Assembly: GCF_006345805.1 (NCBI RefSeq)
Contig: NW_021826452.1
Coordinates: forward strand, 1 to 13,007
DNA: 13,007 nt
Reading direction: 5' to 3'
Source of the DNA: Octopus sinensis
Lineage: Eukaryota
The notes beneath the pieces were generated by a model that ran no database searches, was not told where the DNA came from, and was given only the letters and a program-made list of their open reading frames with translations. This document shows positions 1 to 8,293 of the stretch, piece after piece; position 1 is the first letter of the stretch, and every line of letters begins with the position of its first letter. The translations under genes were made by a program, and so were the position numbers.

Positions 1-240
1 GGAAGAAAATTGGTGAAAGACGAGGAAAGAGAAAAGCTGAAAAGGAGAGCGATGGGGGGGGGGAAACTAGAATAAAAAGAAGGAGTTGGAGGGAGAGAGA
101 AAAAAGCAGTAGAAGAAAACGTCAGAGAGGAAAACACGGAACAACTGGAAGAAAGAAAGAAAGGAAGAAAGGAAGGAAGAACGGACAGAAAGAAAGAAAG
201 AAAGAAAGAAAGAATGAAAGAATGAAAGAATGAAGGAATA
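1..240 (+). repeat. Polypurine low-complexity tract including (GAAA)n/(GAAT)n
   Basis: Almost entirely A/G on the + strand; (GAAA)n at about 187-236. Confidence 0.85.
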
Positions 241-390
241 GTTTTTTAATGAAGACACGATGGCGCTTTCCTCTCAGATTTTTTTTCAAATGCTGTCTGT
301 CGTCTGTTCTATCGTCTGCTCATATATATATAGAGTGACCAGTCCACTAGAAGCAGAACCGCGTAGTATACCTAACATACTTGGCTCTGA

Positions 391-421
<31 letters not shown>

Positions 422-677
422 ACATTTAAACATATATAAAAATATATATATGTGTACATACATGCGCGTGCATGTGTAAAGAAGCGAGGTTTGAAGAAAA
501 AGTGAAAAGAAAAAAAAGGAGAGGTAGAGGAAGAAGGAAAAGAAGAAAGAAGAGGGAAAGAAAGAACGAAGATAGTTGAAGAGAAAAGAAAGAATGTAAG
601 TAAAAGAAAAAGGAGAGGGAGAGGGAGAAGTGGGAGATTTATCGAAGATTAAAGAAAGAGCAGCAGTAATATTGCAA

Positions 678-682
678 TAGTA

Positions 683-719
<37 letters not shown>

Positions 720-784
720 CAGTGGCAGCAGCAGTAGTAATAGTAATAGTAGAAGCAGCAGCAGCAGTAGCAGTAGTAGTAGTA
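678..784 (+). repeat. Compound (AGT)n/(AGC)n trinucleotide microsatellite
   Basis: Seen directly. Confidence 0.9.
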
Positions 785-878
785 GGGCAGGAGAGGAAGA
801 GGTAAAAGAAGAAAAAGAAGCAGCAGTTTTTGAAGACGGAACCGAGAGGAGAAATTGAAGAAATTGAAAAAAGAACTT

Positions 879-955
879 GAAGAAGAAGGAGAAGAAGAAG
901 AAGAAGAAGAAGAAGAAGAAGAAGAAGAAGAAGAAGAAGAAGAAGAAGAAGAAGA
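879..955 (+). repeat. (GAA)n microsatellite about 80 bp upstream of the start codon
   Basis: Seen directly; about 25 units with one GGA interruption. Confidence 0.95.
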
Positions 956-1032
956 GCAATAACAGCAGCGGCAACTAAAACAACAGCAATAACATTAATA
1001 ACAAGAGGAAGAAGAAAGAGCATAGAGTGAAG

Positions 1033-3225
1033 ATGTCTCGCCAACTTGTTCTAGCTGTGGCAGCAACAGTTGTGATGGCCAGTTTCTTTTCTACTACGAC
1101 TATGGAAGTTTCCAGCAGCGAGACTCTACAGCAGCAACATACGTCGTCGCCTCTACCGAGGCAGTTGCAGTCGCGGCAGCTGCCACATCAGTCAGCGCTG
1201 TTGAATTCGTTACAGCATCAGCATCAGCATCAGCAGCAGGAACAGCAACTACAGCAGCAACAACAACAGAAAGAGGAACATCCGCAAAATATATTACAGC
1301 CACAACAAGAACAAGAACAAGAACAAGAACAAGAACAACAAGAACAAGAAGAAGAACAACAACAACAACTAAAAGTGCTACAGCAAGAAAGGCTGCAACG
1401 TCTACCACCATCACTAACAACAACAATAACAACAACACCACAACAACAACAACAACAATCACAAAAGCGACTACAACAGCCACAAAGATCGCAACAACAG
1501 CAACAACAACAATCCCCAAAACGATTACAACCACAATCATCATTACCACAACAACAACAACCGCAAAAACTACTACGATCACAACAACAACATCAACAAG
1601 AACAACTACTACTGAAGCCACAATCACCACCACCACTACTACCTCAACGATTTCTACGACATTTACATCTTCAGCCAACACGAACACAACTTCTACCGCT
1701 ACCACATCAGCTACAACTACAAACAAAACCATCGGTACAACACCATGTACAACAACATCAACAACACCTACCACAGCAAAGACCACAACTACAACACCAA
1801 CCACAGTACCAATTACAATCCACACAACCACCACAATCGCAGCTACTACAACTACAACATCACCAATATGCACAGGCACAACAGCCACAGCCACAAACAA
1901 AACCACAACAGCAACAACAACCACAACCACAACAGTCAAAACCGAATCCACAACACTATCAACAGCCAGAAGCAAAACAACCGCAAAGAAACCTACAACA
2001 CCATCAACAACCAGAAGCAAAACAGCCGCAAAGAAACCTACAACACCAGCCACAACCACAAGCACATCAGTCACAAAGAAACCTACTGCACCACAAACAA
2101 TCACGATCACTGTCACAATCACAATTGCAACATCAGTTACAAATACAAACACAAAAGCAACCACAATCTAAGTTGCAACAACAAGTGCAACCACTACAGC
2201 TACTGCCACCTAGTCTACAACCGCTGCAAAGCAACCGAACAACTAGTGTGGGCACTCCCATTACTCCCTACAAACAAACACGACCGGGAAGTCATGGAGA
2301 CATACAAAGGCAACAACAGCAACAACAAACACGAGAACAACAGCGGCAGCAGCAACATAAACAGGAACAAGAACAACAAGAGCAACAGCGTGAGAAACAA
2401 CAACAGCAACAGCGCCATCACCAACAAGATGAACAACAAAAAGAGCAACAACAACAACGACAACAAAAGCAACATCAACAAAAACAGATGCGAGTGCAGA
2501 AAAATATGCAGCCCAGGAATTTCGGCAACGTAATGTTGGGCGATTTAAATATTGGATGTGTAATTTCTCTGCACCACGCCATTGATATCACCACGTGCGG
2601 CAGCGTGAATTTCACGCAGCGAGTCAAGCTCGCCGAAGCCGTGAAATTCGCCGTTGAGAAGATCAACCGTCGATCCGACATATTAAACCGGGTGAAACTC
2701 GGCTATGTGATCCTCGATGACTGCACCTCTACCACTATGGCGTTGGCACGAAGCCTGCAGTTCATGCCGCGGGAGTTACGAGAACGCGGTATCCGACGCA
2801 CGCTGCACGATGGCCGCGAACAATACCGCGTGTGCAAAACGGTCGCCAAGGGCGGAGAGGAAAAACTGCCGTCGGGGCGACCGAGCGCTTCGGACCGCTG
2901 GACCACCACCACTCGGACGGACGATCTTACAACAACGACAACAACAACTACTACTAACTATACAACTACTGCTACTGATGAGAATACTAGTGCCCTAGCC
3001 GAGGCTGATGGTGCTGTTACAGTTCTTTCCGACGCGGGTTCGAGCACACCTGATTCCGCGACACCGGCGACGATCGGCTACGAAGGAGGTGAAGAGTCGA
3101 GGCAGAGAAGAAACCAAGAAGAATTTCTTGAAGAGTATTACGATGTCATCGGGGTGGTCGGCGCCGATACCACCAAACTCAGCCTCGCCGTCGCCAGCAT
3201 CTTGACCATATTTCAAATACCCCAG
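1033..3225 (+). CDS. First coding exon (731 codons, 3'-partial) of a class C GPCR, metabotropic glutamate/CaSR-like: signal peptide, Gln-rich extension, N-terminal half of the Venus-flytrap (ANF-receptor) domain
   Basis: ATG 1033 is the first in-frame Met after the in-frame TAA at 976-978; the ORF-track start at 1027 is GTG. It is followed by a hydrophobic signal-like stretch, MSRQLVLAVAATVVMASFF. Class C flytrap motifs occur in order: GDLNIGCVISLH, CG, LAEAVKFAVEKIN-DIL-VKLGYVILDDC, ALARSLQF, VIGVVG, VASILTIFQIPQ. The exon ends at CAG|GTCAGT (3225/3226), a phase-0 donor right after IPQ, where CaSR and group III mGluR genes also have an intron. Confidence 0.9.
1951..2085 (+). repeat. Coding tandem repeat, 3 x 45 nt (15 aa: QHYQQPEAKQPQRNL / QHHQQPEAKQPQRNL / QHQPQPQAHQSQRNL)
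   Basis: Units start at 1951, 1996 and 2041, each ending caaagaaaccta. Confidence 0.85.
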
Positions 3226-3231
3226 GTCAGT
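3226..3231 (+). promoter_or_regulatory. 5' splice donor starting a long intron (at least 9.7 kb, running past the window end)
   Basis: CAG|GTCAGT is near the consensus and sits at the conserved IPQ|(I/V)SY position. Homology and the ORF end shortly after (TAA 3253-3255). No SY-A-S/T-type next exon was seen in the remaining unique sequence. Confidence 0.8.
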
Positions 3232-3421
3232 TCCTCTTCTGTGATATTCTCTTAAACATATGTATTACTTTATCAGTTGGATTACTTTGGCAGTTTCTGA
3301 CGCTCTCTGCCAGTCTGATTGCCGGTTGGTCTGTCTGTCTGCATTCCTATCTGTCTGTCTGTCTGACTTCCTGTCTGTCTGTCTGTTCCTCTTCTTCGCC
3401 TGTATATATACATATATAAAT

Positions 3422-3626
3422 ATGTCGGGCGAAATGCGTAGCCGTATTTCGTCTGCCGTTACGTTCTGAGTTCAAATTCCGCCGAGGTCGACTTTGCCTT
3501 TCATCCTTTCGGGGTCGATAAATTAAGTACCAGTTACGCACTGGGGTCGATATAATCGACTTAATACGTTTGTCTGTCCTTGTTTGTCCCCTCTATGTTT
3601 AGCCCCTCGTGGCTAGTAAAGAAATA
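3422..3626 (+). mobile_element. SINE family B, slightly 5'-truncated
   Basis: Near-identical to 4802-5031 and to the minus-strand copies at 10439-11043. B-box-like GAGTTCAAATTCC, core gactttgcctttcatcctttcggggtcgataaattaagtaccag, tail ending taaagaaata. Confidence 0.85.
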
Positions 3627-3695
3627 TATATAAATATGTGTATGTGTATTGTGTATACATGTATATATATGTATATATAAACATATATGTATATA

Positions 3696-4040
3696 GGCGC
3701 AGGAGTGGCTGTGTGGTAAGTAGCTTGCTTACCAACCTCGTGGTTCCGGGTTCAGTCCCACTGCGTGGCACCTTGGCCAAGTGTCTTCTAAGTGTCTACT
3801 AAGTCCTGTGAGTGGATTTGGTAGACGGAAACTGTTGTATACATGTATATATATATGTGTGTGTTTGTGTGTCAGTGTTTATTCCCCCAACATCGCTTGA
3901 CAACCAATGCTGGTGTGTAAAACCGATAGAATAAGTACTAGCTTACAAAGAATAAGTCCTGGGGTCGATTTTCTCGACTAAAGGCGGTGCTCCAGCATTG
4001 CCGCAGTCAAATGACCGAAACAATTAAAAGAGAGTAAAAG
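3696..4040 (+). mobile_element. SINE family A (tRNA-derived head, internal TA/TG microsatellite, 3' stem-loop tail), with internal deletions
   Basis: Head ggcgcaggagtggctgtgtggtaag with A-box-like TGGCTGTGTGG and B-box-like GGTTCAGTCCC. The segment caccttgg(g)caagt resembles the CORE-SINE domain. Many copies in the window. Confidence 0.85.
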
Positions 4041-4041
4041 T

Positions 4042-4046
<5 letters not shown>

Positions 4047-4093
<47 letters not shown>

Positions 4094-4141
4094 TTATATA
4101 TATACACGTATACACACATACATACATACATACAAATATAC

Positions 4142-4196
<55 letters not shown>
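4047..4196. repeat. (TA)n-rich microsatellite block
   Basis: Seen directly. Confidence 0.9.
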
Positions 4197-4198
<2 letters not shown>

Positions 4199-4227
4199 GA
4201 ACACACACACACCACACACACGCTTAT

Positions 4228-4370
4228 ATCTTTTATTTATTTCTGTCCTTTGACTGCAGCCATGTCTTTCCATTTCCGTCAACCAAATCCAGTCACAAGG
4301 TGTCACACAGTAGGACTGAACCCGGAACCATGTGGTCGGAAAAAAAGCTTCTTAGCACACAGCCACGCCC
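4228..4370 (-). mobile_element. SINE family A, internally deleted copy
   Basis: Reverse complement of the A tail (ctttgactgcagccatg) is joined to the reverse complement of the head (gactgaacccggaaccatgtgg...cacacagccacgccc). Confidence 0.7.
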
Positions 4371-4380
4371 ATTTATATGC

Positions 4381-4572
4381 GTCTTCGACAATTGCATTAG
4401 GCCGACCAAAGACGGAAACTGAAAGAAGCCCGTCGCATAAACACACACACACATATACATATAAATAATCTTTGTGTTTGTATGTGTTTTTGTGTCTGTG
4501 TTTGCAAAATACCACAGCTTGACAACCGGTGTTGGTGTGTTTATGTCCCTGTAGATTCACAATTCGGCAAAA
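4381..4572 (+). mobile_element. SINE family A, degenerate middle fragment
   Basis: ggccgaccaaa-gacggaaactgaaagaagcccgtcg ... gcttgacaaccggtgttggtgtgtttatgtccc. Confidence 0.7.
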
Positions 4573-4573
4573 A

Positions 4574-4616
<43 letters not shown>

Positions 4617-4661
4617 GTATCTATGTATGTATGTATGTATGTATGTATGTATGTATGTATG

Positions 4662-4738
<77 letters not shown>

Positions 4739-4739
4739 T

Positions 4740-4796
<57 letters not shown>

Positions 4797-4798
4797 AG
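4574..4798. repeat. Compound (TATC)n/(TATG)n/(TGTC)n tetranucleotide microsatellite
   Basis: Seen directly. Confidence 0.95.
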
Positions 4799-4801
4799 AT
4801 A

Positions 4802-5031
4802 GGCGGCGAGCTGGCAGAAATGTTAGCATGCCGGGCGAAATGCTTAGCGGTATTTCGTCTGTCGTTACGTTCCGAGTTCAAATTCCGCCGAGGTCGACTT
4901 TGCCTTTCATCCTTTCGGGGTCGATAAATTAAGTACCAGTTACGCACTGGGGTCGATGTAATCGACTTAATCCGTTTGTCTGTCTTTGTTTGTCCCTCTG
5001 TGTTTAGCCCCTTGTGGGTAGTAACGAAATA
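4802..5031 (+). mobile_element. SINE family B, full length, embedded in (TATC)n
   Basis: Starts ggcggcgagctggcagaaa, has B-box-like gagttcaaattcc, ends gtaacgaaata. TATC/TGTC repeats flank both sides. Confidence 0.9.
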
Positions 5032-5037
5032 TATCTA

Positions 5038-5072
<35 letters not shown>

Positions 5073-5478
5073 CGTGGTCTTTTTCGTAGGCTTTTCTTCC
5101 CACGGATAAACCTTACTTGCTTTCCCCTTTACACCATATATCATAACACTGTGATACACGATCCCTATTGATCGTTCTTCTTTTTCTTCTTTTTTTTTCC
5201 TCTTCCCCTTTTTCCCCCCTTTTTTCTTCTTTTTTCATTTCTCTTTCCTTTTGTTCCTTTTCCTTTTTCTTTTTTTTTCCTTTTATTCTTTTTATTTTAT
5301 TCAATTTTTTTGTTTTTTGCTTTTGTTCTTTTCTTCCCTTTTACGATCCCTCTTGATCGAAAACCTACGCCACCCCTTTTTTTTCTTTTGTTTTTTGTTC
5401 TCTTCATCCTCCAAAAGAAAAGCTCTACCTTGTAACTTGTCCCATCTGTGTGCAGCCCTGTGTGGCCAATAAAGAAAC
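5073..5478 (+). mobile_element. 3' UTR fragment of a non-LTR retrotransposon (same family as 6359-6788), inserted in (TATC)n
   Basis: Shares ordered blocks with the reverse complement of 6359-6610: gtggtctttt, cccctttacac, gatccctattgatcg, ttgatcgaaaacc, aaaagaaaagctctaccttgtaa, gcagccctgtgtggc-aataaagaaac. TATC repeats lie on both sides. Confidence 0.75.
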
Positions 5479-5495
5479 TTATCTATCTATCTATC

Positions 5496-5556
<61 letters not shown>

Positions 5557-5593
5557 GTCTGTCTGTCTGTCTATCTATATATCTATCTATCTA
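5479..5593. repeat. (TATC)n/(TGTC)n microsatellite
   Basis: Seen directly. Confidence 0.95.
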
Positions 5594-5603
5594 CAAATAC
5601 AGG

Positions 5604-5860
5604 CGCCGTCGTGTGTGCATGTGTGTGTGTGTGCGTATGTGCGCTTGTGTGTGTGTCTGTGTCTCTATCCCTACCACCGCTAGACAACTGGTGTTGGTGT
5701 ATTTATGCTCGTATAACTTAGCGGTTCGGTATAAGAACCCGATAAAATGACAGGCTTTAAATAGAACATAAGTATACACGGTCAATTCGATCAGCTAAAA
5801 GTTCTTGAAGGCGGTGCCCCAGCATGACCGTAGTCTAAAAGAAGCAGAAAATAAAAGATG
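5604..5860 (+). mobile_element. SINE family A, old degenerate 3' half
   Basis: taacttagcggttcgg, gaaggcggtgccccagcatgaccgtagtc and the A-rich tail match the younger copies. Confidence 0.7.
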
Positions 5861-5896
5861 AATTCAGATCACAGTTATCTATACAAACACTCTGAA

Positions 5897-6243
5897 CTAC
5901 ACACACACACACAGACACACACAGGCACACACACCCACACACACACACACACAGACACACACAGACACACAGACACACACAGACACACGGACACACAGAG
6001 ACACACAGACACACACTCACACAGACACACACAGACACACACTCACACAGACACATACAGACACACACACACAGACACACACACAGACACACACACACAC
6101 ATACACACAGACACACACACAGACACACACACACACAGACACACCCAGACACAGAGACACACACACACACAGACACACACACACGCACAGACACACACAG
6201 AAACACACACAGACACAGACACACACACGCACACACACACACA
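5897..6243. repeat. (CA)n/(CACAGA)n compound microsatellite
   Basis: Seen directly. Confidence 0.95.
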
Positions 6244-6244
6244 G

Positions 6245-6323
6245 AGGGTGCCACGCAGTGGGACTGAACCCGGGATCATGCGACTGGGCAGCAAACGTCT
6301 TTCCGCTCAAGCATACCTGAGCC
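6245..6323 (-). mobile_element. SINE family A, degenerate tRNA-like head
   Basis: ggtgccacgcagtgggactgaacccgg is the reverse complement of the A head. Confidence 0.65.
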
Positions 6324-6358
6324 TGTATTTGTATGAATGTAGATAGACAGAAAGATAT

Positions 6359-6788
6359 GTTTCTTTATTAGCCACACAGGGCTGCACACAGACGGGACGA
6401 ATTACAAGGTAGAGCTTTTCTTTTTGGGGATAAAAAAAGGGGGTTTGGTTTTCGATCAAAAGGGATCGTAAAAGGAAAGAAAGAGGAAAGCAAAAAAAAA
6501 AAAGGGGGTGGGGATAAAAGGAAAAAGAAAAAATCGATCAATAGGGATCGTTATCACAGAAATGTCAATATAAAGTGTAAAGGGGAGGACGGAAAAGACC
6601 ACGGTAACCTCGGTCAATGAAGTCACATGTTATATTTTTTTTACAAATAAGCAACTCTCTGTATTAATTTTTACGGTTCATAGGATCATGGTCGAGGTGG
6701 CTTCGTCATTCATACGTCCCATCCTTGCTACATTCACTCATCTTTTTTTAAAATATTCACTAGAATGTTTTTAAAAACATTCACTAGA
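6359..6788 (-). mobile_element. 5'-truncated non-LTR retrotransposon: decayed ORF2 C-terminus plus pyrimidine-rich 3' UTR; possibly L1/Tx1-like (clade tentative)
   Basis: The minus strand at about 6765-6690 reads SEYFKKR*VNVARMGRMNDEATSTMIL*, followed by a UTR homologous to 5073-5478 ending aataaagaaac. GATA-type repeats lie on both flanks, and there is a ~24-bp local duplication at the truncated 5' end. The Tx1 label is from recollection only. Confidence 0.6.
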
Positions 6789-6925
6789 TAGATAGATAAA
6801 TGGCTGGATGGATAGATAGAATGATAGAGAGACAGAGATAAATAGAAAGATTGATGGATGGATATTAATATATATATAATTATATATATATATGTATATA
6901 TATATATTATATATATATATATATA

Positions 6926-7260
6926 TCACAATCAAGGACGGCCATAATAGGCCATTCACCCACTAGAAATAACAGCCAAAGCTTCACACCGCAAATAAAC
7001 ATCAATTCTGTAAACCAGGAGAAAATTAACATTTACAGGGTAAATGTTTTTTAATTTTTTTAATTTTTCTCCTGGTTTACGGAATTGATGTTTATTTGCG
7101 GTTGAAGCTTTGGCTGTTATTTCTAGTGGGTGAATGGCCTATTATGGCCGTTCTTGATTTTGATGTTTGAACTTAAAAATGGTCTATGACTATTTAATTT
7201 TTTCCCACTAGGCCGCTGGTGGCAAAAAATTCTACAAAATTTTTTGCCACCCTATATTGA

Positions 7261-7262
<2 letters not shown>
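6926..7262. mobile_element. Unclassified fold-back element in (TA)n: ~110-bp inverted arms (6926-7036 / 7040-7163) plus a one-sided extension ending in a 14-bp hairpin
   Basis: Arm complementarity read directly. The hairpin is GGTGGCAAAAAATT-ctacaa-AATTTTTTGCCACC at 7218-7251. (TA)n lies on both flanks. Confidence 0.6.
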
Positions 7263-7356
<94 letters not shown>

Positions 7357-7366
7357 TATATATATT

Positions 7367-7776
7367 AGGAGTGGCTGTGTGGTAAGTAGCTTGATTACGA
7401 ACCACATGTTTCGGGTTCAGTCCCACTGCGTGCTACCTTGGGTAAGTGTCTTCTGCTATAGCCTCGGGCCGACGAAAGCCTTGTGAGTGGATTTGGTAGA
7501 CGGAAACTTAAAGAGGCCCGTCGTATATATGTATATATATATATATATATGTGTGTGTGCGTGTGTGTATGTGTGTGTGTGTATGTTTTTGTCCCCCCCA
7601 ACATCGCTTGACAACCGATGCTGGCGTGTTTACGTTTCCGTAACTTAGCGGTTCGGCAAAAGAGAAGGATAGAATAAGTACTAGGCTTACAAAGAATAAG
7701 TCCTGGGATCGATTTGCTCGACTAAAGGCGGTGCTCCAGCATGGCCGCAGTCAAATGACTGAAACAAGTAAAAGAG
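7367..7776 (+). mobile_element. SINE family A, near full length
   Basis: Head, internal (TA)n(TG)n, 3' half and tail cagtcaaatgactgaaacaagtaaaagag are all present. Confidence 0.9.
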
Positions 7777-7836
<60 letters not shown>

Positions 7837-7862
7837 TTTATTTAAAGCAGCAGAAAATTCAC

Positions 7863-7910
7863 AAAATCCGTTACTCTGAGTTTCTCGTTGCCGTTCATCA
7901 GACAGTTTTT
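7863..7910 (-). ncRNA. Minimal type I hammerhead motif, exact antisense mirror of 7917-7964
   Basis: Exact reverse complement of the + strand motif. Confidence 0.7.
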
Positions 7911-7916
7911 TCTAGC

Positions 7917-7964
7917 AAAAACTGTCTGATGAACGGCAACGAGAAACTCAGAGTAACGGATTTT
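7917..7964 (+). ncRNA. Minimal type I hammerhead ribozyme motif
   Basis: Stem I aaaaactgt/acggatttt; CTGATGA 7926-7932; stem II ACG-GCAA-CGA; GAAA 7943-7946; stem III ACTC-A-GAGT; cleavage triplet GUA (cut predicted after 7955). Confidence 0.75.
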
Positions 7965-8227
7965 GTTGAATTTTCTGCTGCTTTAAATAAAGCATATTAC
8001 TCTACCCCTGGTATTTGAGTACTCTTTTTTTCCACCTTGTTTCACATTTATGTGTTTACTCCGGTATATATATATATATATAGAATGATAATTAGATATA
8101 TAGTTCGATAGAGATTTACATATATACACACTTGGTTGGGAAGTAAGTTTCATATTTTTGTACTTTTACAATTTTATAATATAACAAAAGTGTAACCTAA
8201 TATAATAAAATGTGTGACTCTGTGTGT

Positions 8228-8269
<42 letters not shown>

Positions 8270-8293
8270 ACGTATATACATACATACATACAT

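Larger units (their letters stand above)
7836..8064 (+). mobile_element. Non-autonomous Penelope-like (pseudo-LTR) fragment with an inverted partial copy, inserted in (TA)n
   Basis: 75/76-bp inverted arms (7836-7910 / 7917-7992) carry a hammerhead motif. The right arm continues to 8064, and (TA)n lies on both sides. Inverted pLTR ends and minimal hammerheads are established features of Penelope-like elements. Confidence 0.65.

Noticed and set aside
255-270. YY1-like ATGGCG promoter motif
   Set aside because: Only a 6-mer match with no transcription-start evidence.
1027-1032. GTG start given by the ORF track
   Set aside because: The sequence is eukaryotic, and an in-frame ATG at 1033 gives a good signal peptide.
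639-1044. Poly-Leu/Phe minus-strand ORFs that look like membrane proteins
   Set aside because: They are translations of (GAA)n and (AGT/AGC)n microsatellites.
1100-2533. Long overlapping ORFs (Val-rich minus 1100-2164; Asn/His-rich plus 1745-2533; Leu-rich minus 2215-2481)
   Set aside because: These are alternative-frame shadows of CAA repeats with no recognisable domain.
2974-3005. CTGATGAG inside the coding exon as a possible hammerhead core
   Set aside because: No stem II followed by GAAA and no stem I or III; the sequence simply encodes T-D-E.
3226-3255. Read-through VSSSSVIFS-stop giving a secreted half-flytrap protein
   Set aside because: VS mimics the expected VSY only because of the GTCAGT donor. 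The position matches a conserved intron, and half a flytrap is unlikely to fold. Intron retention cannot be excluded without RNA data.
3978-6346. Many YIYI, LSIY, CVCV and THTH ORFs
   Set aside because: They are translations of di- and tetranucleotide microsatellites and SINEs.
7218-7262. Helitron 3' end or rho-independent terminator
   Set aside because: The hairpin is followed by CTAT, not a properly spaced CTRR, and terminators are irrelevant in this context. Kept only as an alternative for the fold-back element.
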